A stretch of DNA of 53,732 nt from a virus (Duplodnaviria; Caudoviricetes). Below, one piece after another: positions 46,891 to 53,732 of the stretch. The notes under the pieces are model-generated. The model searched no databases. It worked only from the letters and a program-made list of their open reading frames with translations, and had not been told where the DNA came from. Positions within the stretch are counted from its first letter, which is position 1. Every line of letters begins with the position of its first letter. The stretch spans positions 1-53,732 of IMG/VR virus record IMGVR_UViG_3300017770_000016, one strand, 5' to 3'. The position numbers and the translations under genes were made by a program.

Positions 46891-47217
46891 ATGGCAGCAA
46901 AGAGACTAGAAGACGGTAGTGAGTACGCCGAATACGATGCGGATGGCGATGGCATTGTCACTGATGAAGAGTTGCAAACAAGCAGAGAGTTGCAGGAGCT
47001 ACGCTTGCGGCATGAACGAGCAGATGCTCAACGTGCTATGAGTTGGTTTGCGCTATGGGGCATGTTGCTATACCCAAGCCTTGTGGTTGTCAGTGAGTTC
47101 TTTGGGATGAATCAAGCTGCATCTATTTTGGGCGATATGGCTGCGGTCTACTTTGTATCCGTTGCAGGTATCTTAGCTGCGTTCTTTGGGGCACAAGCAT
47201 GGTCGAATAGGAAATAA
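46891..47217 (+). CDS. Two-TM membrane protein with an EF-hand-like loop (holin-like)
   Basis: DADGDGIVTDEE, then two hydrophobic helices. Confidence 0.6.
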   Translation: MAAKRLEDGSEYAEYDADGDGIVTDEELQTSRELQELRLRHERADAQRAMSWFALWGMLLYPSLVVVSEFFGMNQAASILGDMAAVYFVSVAGILAAFFGAQAWSNRK

Positions 47218-47220
47218 ATT

Positions 47221-47604
47221 ATGAGTATTGTTGCATCACTCGTTGGGCCAGTCACAGGACTGCTGGACAAGTTCATAGAAGATAAGGATCAGAAGAATGT
47301 GTTGGCACATGAGATTGCCACCATGTCAGAGCGTCACGCTCAAGAGGCTCTCAAAGGCCAACTAGAAATCAACAAGATGGAAGCTGCACACAAGAGTTTG
47401 TTTGTAGCTGGGTGGCGACCTGCCATCGGTTGGATTTGTGCAGTAGGGCTGTTGTACAACACCATCATCGCTAATGTCCTTGGTATCTGGATGGATGTGC
47501 CAGAGGTAGATACAACACTTCTTGTGCCCGTTATGATGGGGATGTTGGGTCTCGGCGCTATGAGAAGCTACGAGAAGGTCAATCAGGTAGCGCGGGAGAA
47601 GTAA
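47221..47604 (+). CDS. Holin (3TM, GTA-type)
   Basis: LDKFIEDKD...FVAGWRPAIGW...GMLGLGAMRSYEK. Confidence 0.8.
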   Translation: MSIVASLVGPVTGLLDKFIEDKDQKNVLAHEIATMSERHAQEALKGQLEINKMEAAHKSLFVAGWRPAIGWICAVGLLYNTIIANVLGIWMDVPEVDTTLLVPVMMGMLGLGAMRSYEKVNQVAREK

Positions 47605-48023
47605 TGACTCAGCTAATAGACATGCTGAAGCTACACGAAGGTGTACGATCTAAGGTATATGTGTGTAGTGCAGGCTACGAAACGATAGGTGTGGGTAGGA
47701 ACATCTCAGAGTCTGGCCTTGGGTTGTCTGACGATGAAATTGACTACTTATTAGCCAACGACGTTGCTCGTGTGAAGGGCGAGTTAGCAGACACTTACTT
47801 CTGGTTCGGTGCTTTGAACGAAGCGCGTCAGGATGCAATGATTGATATGTGTTTCAACCTCGGTCTGACCAGATTGCGCGGCTTTGTGAAGGCACTGGAG
47901 GCTATGTCGCGTGAACAGTTTGACATAGCTGCTGATGAGTTTATGGATAGCAAATGGGCAACTCAGGTGGGTGATCGCGCAATTCGTGTAACGGAGATGA
48001 TCCGCAGTGGTGAGTACATCTAA
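47604..48023 (+). CDS. Endolysin, T4-like GH24 lysozyme
   Basis: HEG...Y.C..G..TIGVGRN; DMCFNLG; DSKWATQVG.RA. Confidence 0.9.
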   Translation: MTQLIDMLKLHEGVRSKVYVCSAGYETIGVGRNISESGLGLSDDEIDYLLANDVARVKGELADTYFWFGALNEARQDAMIDMCFNLGLTRLRGFVKALEAMSREQFDIAADEFMDSKWATQVGDRAIRVTEMIRSGEYI

Positions 48024-49918
48024 TGCCTTTGCAGAAGTACATATTTAACCCTGGCATCAACAAAGAGGGCACAGACTACACCGCTGAAGGCGGATGGTTT
48101 GACGGTAATCTTGTTCGATTTCGCAAAGGTTTGCCTGAAAAGATAGGCGGTTGGGTTAAGTTTATTACTGCTTCTTTCAATGGCACAGGCAGAAAGCTGT
48201 TTGGGTGGACTTCTTTATCCGGCACCAAACTTTTAGGCTTGGGCACTCGCACTAAGCTCTACATACAATCAGGCGCAAATTACAACGACATCACCCCTAT
48301 ACGCTCTACTACATCTGCAGGCGATGTGACGTTTGGTGCAACTGATGGGTCAAGCTCAATCAACGTGACTGACACTGCTCATGGTGCAGCCAAAGGCGAC
48401 TTCGTAACTTTTTCTGGCGCTGCTTCACTTGGCGGGAATGTCGTTGCTGCCGTGTTAAATCAAGAGTATGAGATCGATTCGATTACCAGCACTAGCGTGT
48501 ATGTCATTACAGCCAAAGACACCTCTGGCGCAACGGTAACGGCTAACAGCAGCGACAGTGGCAATGGCGGTAGCTCAACAGTAGGCGCATATCAAATCAA
48601 TGTCGGCCTTGATGTATTTGTTGCTGGCACGGGTTGGGGCGCTGATGCATGGGGTGCAGGCACCTGGGGCTCATCAAGCGCGCTGAGTTCTTTGAATCAG
48701 CTACGCCTTTGGTCTTTAGATAGTTTTGGCGAAGACTTGATAGCAAATGTGCGGGCAGGTGGTATCTATTACTGGGATACCAGCGCAAAGACGCTTGGTA
48801 CAGATAGGGCTGTCAACATCTCAGCTTTGTCGGGGGCTAACTTCACCCCCACCGCCGCCTTGCAAGTACTGGTATCCGATGTAGATAGGCACGTTATTGC
48901 GCTTGGCGCAGACCCAATCAATGATTCTGCAACGGCAAGAACCGGGTCAATAGACCCTTTGTTGATTGCTTTCTCTGACCAAGAGAATCCTGCTGAGTGG
49001 TTCCCAACAGCCACAAACACAGCGGGCTCTCTTCGTTGTTCTGCAGGATCACAGATTGTTGGTGGCTTGCGAGCACGGCAAGAGACACTTGTATGGACTG
49101 ATGTTGCGCTCTATAGCTTGCAGTTTATCGGCGCGCCTCTCACCTTTGGTCTGAATCTAATCAACGAGGGCGTCAGTCTTATTGGCCCAAATGCTCCGAT
49201 TAACACGCCTGCTGGTGTGTTTTGGATGGATAAGAAAGGGTTTTATTCATACCAAGGCGCCGTGCAGTCTGTGCCGTGCAGCGTTAGGTCTTATGTGTTT
49301 GATGACTTCAACGAAGGCCAGGCGTTTCAGGTTTTTGCTTTCTTGAACAAACAGTTTGATGAGGTAGGTTGGTTCTACTGCTCTGGCACGAATACGGTAA
49401 TTGACCGATATGTTACCTACAACTATGTCGAGCAAACATGGGCCATAGGCAACCTGTCTAGGACAGCATGGCTTGATGAAGGTCTTGAAAGCTTTCCTCG
49501 TGCAGCAGGAAGCGATGGTACTAGCAACTATGTTTACTCGCACGAGACTGGCTTTGATGATGATGGGTCACCTATGGATAACGTCTTCATTGAAAGCGCG
49601 GACTTTGACTTGGGTGATGGCGAAGAGTTTCAGTTTATTCGCAGGTGCATACCAGACGTTAAGTTCACAGGTGATAGCGGCTCTAGCCAGACGATGAACT
49701 TTGTCATCAAAGCGCGCAACTTCCCCGGCGACTCATTAGCTACTGACCAAACTACGGCATTTACCGGCAGCACCACCAAGATTGATGCACGAGCTCGTGG
49801 CAGGCAGGCGGTTGTACGCTTTGAGTCTGATGATGACGGAACAACAGATGTGAGGCTTGGCCTTGGGTTCAGGATTGGCGGCACTCGACTAGATGTGCAG
49901 CCAAACGGTAGACGATGA
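48023..49918 (+). CDS. Tail tube/DNA stabilisation protein (P22 gp10/tail tubular B-like)
   Basis: 631 aa beta-rich; VRFRKGLPEKIGGW, LWSLDSFGEDL and FSDQEN motifs; ends QPNGRR. Confidence 0.75.
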   Translation: MPLQKYIFNPGINKEGTDYTAEGGWFDGNLVRFRKGLPEKIGGWVKFITASFNGTGRKLFGWTSLSGTKLLGLGTRTKLYIQSGANYNDITPIRSTTSAGDVTFGATDGSSSINVTDTAHGAAKGDFVTFSGAASLGGNVVAAVLNQEYEIDSITSTSVYVITAKDTSGATVTANSSDSGNGGSSTVGAYQINVGLDVFVAGTGWGADAWGAGTWGSSSALSSLNQLRLWSLDSFGEDLIANVRAGGIYYWDTSAKTLGTDRAVNISALSGANFTPTAALQVLVSDVDRHVIALGADPINDSATARTGSIDPLLIAFSDQENPAEWFPTATNTAGSLRCSAGSQIVGGLRARQETLVWTDVALYSLQFIGAPLTFGLNLINEGVSLIGPNAPINTPAGVFWMDKKGFYSYQGAVQSVPCSVRSYVFDDFNEGQAFQVFAFLNKQFDEVGWFYCSGTNTVIDRYVTYNYVEQTWAIGNLSRTAWLDEGLESFPRAAGSDGTSNYVYSHETGFDDDGSPMDNVFIESADFDLGDGEEFQFIRRCIPDVKFTGDSGSSQTMNFVIKARNFPGDSLATDQTTAFTGSTTKIDARARGRQAVVRFESDDDGTTDVRLGLGFRIGGTRLDVQPNGRR

Positions 49919-50259
49919 GCAAAGTATTACGGGGCCGTTTGCCTTTTATTCAAGGCAACCAAATGGTCGATGGCGGCACGTTCAATCGAACTGTGCGCTT
50001 ATTAGAATTGAGTTTGGACTCTCTTGATCCAGACGCAACGCCTTTGTTTACCAGAACGCAGCGAGATGAGCTAAAGTTCAACAGAGGCGATATTATTTGG
50101 AACACATCAATCAATGTGTTGCAGGTGTACGATGGTGACAACTGGATAAGTTTATCTCAAGAGTTACCGTACACCACTGATCCGCTTGAGGCGACAGCAC
50201 TTGTGGGCTCGGTTCAAGTGATAACTAACGGCGATATAGTAGTGAGTGTAGGTTCATGA
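49915..50259 (+). CDS. Hypothetical tail-module protein
   Basis: GDIIWNTSINVLQVYDG. Confidence 0.65.
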   Translation: MSKVLRGRLPFIQGNQMVDGGTFNRTVRLLELSLDSLDPDATPLFTRTQRDELKFNRGDIIWNTSINVLQVYDGDNWISLSQELPYTTDPLEATALVGSVQVITNGDIVVSVGS

Positions 50260-50543
50260 CAAAACTATGCCCAAGGGGTAAAGCAGCAGCCAAGCGCAAG
50301 TTTGATGTTTATCCATCAGCTTACGCAAATGCCTATGCCAGCAAGATCTGTGCGGGAAAGATCAAAGACCCGTCTGGTAAAAAGCGTAAAGACTTCAAAG
50401 GGCCAAAGCCTAAGAGTAGCGGCACATCTGCAGCTGCCAAGAGAGTCCGCACATCTCCTGCATCTGCAAGAGGTAGGCGAGTGGTGCGCAAAAATGCCGG
50501 TGGCTTTGTTGCCAAAAGAGCTAGGATGGCAGGCGTGACATGA
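50256..50543 (+). CDS. Small basic protein
   Basis: KLCPRGKAAAKRKF.VYPSAYAN.YA..IC.GK; C-terminal TSPASARGRRVVRKNAGG. Confidence 0.7.
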   Translation: MTKLCPRGKAAAKRKFDVYPSAYANAYASKICAGKIKDPSGKKRKDFKGPKPKSSGTSAAAKRVRTSPASARGRRVVRKNAGGFVAKRARMAGVT

Positions 50544-50914
50544 GCCTACAAGATTGGTTTGGCAAAGGCCCGAAGGGCGACTGGGTGGATATTGGAGCAC
50601 CGAAGAAAGACGGTAAGTTCCAAGCCTGCGGGCGTGCCAAGACCAAAGGATCAAAGCGTAAGTACCCAAAGTGCGTGCCTAGGTCAAAAGCGAAAGCCAT
50701 GACTGAGGGTGAGCGTCGTAGTGCAGTAAAGCGAAAGCGAGCCAAGCCTCAAGGCGTAGGCGGTAAGCCTACAAACGTAAAGACATTCACCTCGCCTGCC
50801 TCTGCAAGAGGACGCAGAGTGGTAAGAAAAGCCAATGGTGGCGAAGTGATGCGCAACCATAGAGGATGCGGTGCGATTATGTCTGACCGTCGCAAGAGGA
50901 CTAGGTACTCCTGA
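50540..50914 (+). CDS. Small basic protein
   Basis: LQDWF...WVDI...CGR...YPKCVP; TSPASARGRRVVRKANGG. Confidence 0.7.
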   Translation: MSLQDWFGKGPKGDWVDIGAPKKDGKFQACGRAKTKGSKRKYPKCVPRSKAKAMTEGERRSAVKRKRAKPQGVGGKPTNVKTFTSPASARGRRVVRKANGGEVMRNHRGCGAIMSDRRKRTRYS

Positions 50915-51261
50915 TGTTTAGACGTTACGCTGAAGAGTTCAATGGTGGTGGGGCTGTCACGGGTGGCAGATCAAAGGCCGCTAAGCGTAAACGCGACACC
51001 ATGCCGAAGCGTAATAAGAAGAATTTTCGCCCTACAAAAGAAGGCGCGGGGATGACAGAAGCGGGTGTAAAAGCGTATCGTAAGGCCAATCCTGGTAGTA
51101 AACTCCAGACGGCGGTAACGGAGGACAAGCCCACAGGTAAACGTGCGAAGCGCAGGAAGTCTTTCTGCGCTCGATCTGCTGGGCAAATGAAGAAGTTTCC
51201 TAAAGCAGCGAAAGATCCTAACTCAAGGCTACGGCAAGCTAGACGTAGGTGGAAGTGTTAG
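50914..51261 (+). CDS. Small basic protein (DUF6321-like)
   Basis: GMTEAGVKAYR..NPGSKL...RRKSFCARS.G...DPNSRL..ARRRWKC. Confidence 0.7.
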   Translation: MFRRYAEEFNGGGAVTGGRSKAAKRKRDTMPKRNKKNFRPTKEGAGMTEAGVKAYRKANPGSKLQTAVTEDKPTGKRAKRRKSFCARSAGQMKKFPKAAKDPNSRLRQARRRWKC

Positions 51262-51286
51262 TTAACTAGACATGGCGGATGCATAA

Positions 51287-52402
51287 ATGCCAACAACATC
51301 AGAAGGCAAAAGACTACAGGCATTAGAGACGGGAGCGACTCAAGCCACCACTAATGTCTACAGCCAACCAGCGTTTTTTCAAAGACCTGCTGGATTATCA
51401 TCTATTGTTCCTGGTCTTGCTCAAAGCACCACTTTTTTACCTCCTGGTGTAGTTAATCCATCTGCAGATTCTTTTGGCTATCAACGCATGCCTGGCGCCC
51501 AATATGGAAATTACGCTATGGCTGCGCCAAACGTTGGTGGGCCGCTTACAGCACCGCAAGTGCCTGCTGGATTTGTACCTGCAGGAACTCAGCCAGAAAC
51601 CATTCGAGTTTATCCTGACGGCACACCCGTTGGAGATGAAGAAGAAGAGGATGATTCTCCTATCTCAGCTTCAGATAAAGCATTAGAAAGAATAAATGAA
51701 ATGCGCATAGCTCAGGGCCAAGAACCTTTTGAATCTATGGCCGAATTCCAAGCTGATTTAAGAAGACAAATTGGAATTGGCATGCCAGGAGGGTTTAATC
51801 CTTTCGGTGGCCGCTTCGCTGAAGGCGGAATTGCATCGCTTGAGCCAATGTATATGAACCAAGGTGGGTTTAGTTCTTTTATGACCAATCTTGGCGGCAA
51901 GCTTACTGGTTTCAGTGAAGCTCTTGGGGGTGGTGGGTTCGGCGGCGGCGGTCAAGAAGAAACTGGAAGAGCGTCAGGAAGAACGTATGCAGATTCTGCC
52001 ATGGGTGGAGGACAGTCTGTAGAGAGTTTGTTGGAAACTATTAGAAAGCTTAAAGAAGAGTTAGCTAAAAAAGATAGAGAAAGAGTGACTGATCTTCTTT
52101 TATCTGGGCCAAAAACAGATCCCATGAGAAACGCCACGCCGCCTATTTATGGCGGATTTGCCGCTGGTGGTGATGTTGACTTCCCTCGCATGAACGGCCC
52201 TATCTCTGGCCCAGGAACAGAAACATCTGATGACATACCTGCAATGCTTAGCGATGGCGAGTTTGTTGTTAATGCAAAAGCGGTGAGAGGTATTGGTAGA
52301 TTGGAAGGCGCTGGTAAATCTAAAGAAGAGCAGCGTAGAGAAGGTGCTCGCATGATGTATGCATTACAGCGTGCTGGTGAAAAAGCTATGAGGAAAGCGT
52401 AA
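51287..52402 (+). CDS. Putative internal virion protein with xxxGG motifs
   Basis: FAEGG, MNQGG and FAAGG; C-terminal GPGTETSDDIPAMLSDGEFVVNAKAV. Confidence 0.65.
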   Translation: MPTTSEGKRLQALETGATQATTNVYSQPAFFQRPAGLSSIVPGLAQSTTFLPPGVVNPSADSFGYQRMPGAQYGNYAMAAPNVGGPLTAPQVPAGFVPAGTQPETIRVYPDGTPVGDEEEEDDSPISASDKALERINEMRIAQGQEPFESMAEFQADLRRQIGIGMPGGFNPFGGRFAEGGIASLEPMYMNQGGFSSFMTNLGGKLTGFSEALGGGGFGGGGQEETGRASGRTYADSAMGGGQSVESLLETIRKLKEELAKKDRERVTDLLLSGPKTDPMRNATPPIYGGFAAGGDVDFPRMNGPISGPGTETSDDIPAMLSDGEFVVNAKAVRGIGRLEGAGKSKEEQRREGARMMYALQRAGEKAMRKA

Positions 52403-53732
52403 TGTCATTTTTTGAAGGCGAAGATGAAATAGCTGCTACTGGGGTTCCTTTAGCTTTACCTCAAGCTGGAATTAGGTATTCAGATCCAGCAACGGAGATG
52501 GCTGCGCGCCAACTTCAAGATCTTTATTTTAATCCTGAATACGGGATGATTGGCCGACAAATACCGATACCTGTTCAACAGGTGGCTGGTCTTTCGCCAT
52601 TAGAAGTACAAGCTCGTAACCTCGCTGGTGGCCTCGGTGGTTTTGGTCAACAGTTAACAGAAGCTCAAAACTTATTCAGGCAGTCTGCTCGTGGTTTTGA
52701 CCCACGTTCTGCAGGCGCTTTTGCAGACCCTCGCGCTCGTCAACTGTATGAACAAAGTATCGGTGCTTATGACCCGCGCATGGGTTCGCAGTTTATGGAT
52801 CAAGGTGCCAGAGCCATGATGAGGGGCGCTGCGGAAGATATTCGTGGTGCTGAGCGAGGCATGAGCAGAGAGGCTGCTACTGCTCAAAGAGGATTGATGG
52901 ATGCGGCTAGGGGCGCAGGCAGAGAATCTCGTATTGGCCAGAGAGCCATGGAGCGCGCCGGTCAAGGCATCGGTGGTCAGGTAACTGGCGCCCAAGAAGG
53001 TGCCATGGACGCAGCACAACGAGCTAGAATGCAGACGCAAATGGCAGGACAAGACCTCCGTTCTGCCGGTGAGATGGGTAGAGCTACTGCACTTCAAGGT
53101 ATTGCTGGCCTTGCTGGCACGGGCGCTCAGTTCGATCCATCAGCCGTATCTAGATTCCAAGACCCGTTCACACAACAAGTTATTGATGCGCAACAAGCTG
53201 AGATTGCGCGACTGGGCGAACAGCAAAAAATTGCTGCGCGTGATCAAGCGGTGCGATCTGGTGCATTTGGCGGATCTCGTGGCGCCATAGCGCAAGCAGA
53301 GATTGGCCGTAATGTCCTGCAGCAACAAGCCAAGACTGGCGCTGAGTTGCGCTCACAAGGCTTCCAGCAGGCTCAACAGGCCGCACAGCAGGCGTTTGAG
53401 CAAGCACAAGCACGCAGACAACAAGCTTCACAAATAACTGGATCACTAGGCCAAGCAGGCGCTCAGACAGGCATCAGTGCTGCACAGCAAGCAGCGAACC
53501 TTGGATTGAGTGCAGAGCAGTTAGCTCAACGTGGCGCGCTTGAAGGTGGACAGCTTGGCCTTAGTGGTCTGACTTCTCAGGCAGACATTGCTCAACGTGC
53601 TGCACAGTTAGGCATATCCACGCAAGAGTTGGCAGGTAGGCTTGCACAGCAAGGTGGCGCTCTTGGATTGCAGGCACAGCAAGGGATTGGTGGTCTAGCT
53701 GGTCAACGTGCAGACATCGCCTCTGGCTTGGC
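52402..53732 (+). CDS. Internal virion/ejection (pilot-like) protein, 5' part; continues across the origin to 883 (about 696 aa in total)
   Basis: ATG at 52402 overlaps the upstream TAA; open frame MSFFEGEDE...GAFGGSR..., Gly/Ala/Gln-rich; in frame with ORF 20..883 after circularisation. Confidence 0.8.
   Translation, partial: MSFFEGEDEIAATGVPLALPQAGIRYSDPATEMAARQLQDLYFNPEYGMIGRQIPIPVQQVAGLSPLEVQARNLAGGLGGFGQQLTEAQNLFRQSARGFDPRSAGAFADPRARQLYEQSIGAYDPRMGSQFMDQGARAMMRGAAEDIRGAERGMSREAATAQRGLMDAARGAGRESRIGQRAMERAGQGIGGQVTGAQEGAMDAAQRARMQTQMAGQDLRSAGEMGRATALQGIAGLAGTGAQFDPSAVSRFQDPFTQQVIDAQQAEIARLGEQQKIAARDQAVRSGAFGGSRGAIAQAEIGRNVLQQQAKTGAELRSQGFQQAQQAAQQAFEQAQARRQQASQITGSLGQAGAQTGISAAQQAANLGLSAEQLAQRGALEGGQLGLSGLTSQADIAQRAAQLGISTQELAGRLAQQGGALGLQAQQGIGGLAGQRADIASGL
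53610..53732 (+). repeat. Terminal direct repeat, copy 2 (circular assembly overlap)
   Basis: Identical to 1-123. Confidence 0.95.

Noticed and set aside
51950-52402. Tape-measure protein, suggested by the GPGTETSDDIPAMLSDGEFVV motif
   Set aside because: The protein is only 371 aa and the genome has no siphovirus or myovirus tail tube/sheath module

Overview
This window is an apparently complete, circularly assembled genome of a tailed dsDNA phage. Bases 1-123 repeat at 53610-53732, giving a unit length of about 53,609 bp. The virion genes look podovirus-like: P22-type portal, adaptor and tail-tube proteins, large internal ejection proteins and no tape-measure/sheath module. The gene set resembles uncultured aquatic phages. 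I found no integrase, DNA polymerase, tRNA or CRISPR array. Layout: (i) a + strand late region from 24458 through the origin to 6941 (TerL, basic 'GG-motif' proteins, portal, GroES, scaffold, capsid, tail, tail fibre with S74 chaperone, 2OG-Fe(II) oxygenase, holin/lysozyme, ejection proteins, DUF1064 nuclease); (ii) a - strand recombination/replication block at 6938-13330 (Cas4-like nuclease, SF2 helicase, DUF669, Sak4-like ATPase); (iii) a + strand block at 13474-19749 (primase-helicase, PAPS-reductase-like, Mom/XF1762-like GNAT, dual-frame C5 methyltransferase, ori-like element, TerS); (iv) a - strand early block at 19653-24092 punctuated by oriented CTTGCGG repeat arrays. The most notable items are a C5-MTase encoded in two overlapping frames and three pieces, a shared xxxGG peptide tag in at least 8 late proteins, the early-region repeat modules, an iteron/DnaA/IHF element and a structured leader after the capsid gene. 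All product calls come from motif recognition, not database searches.
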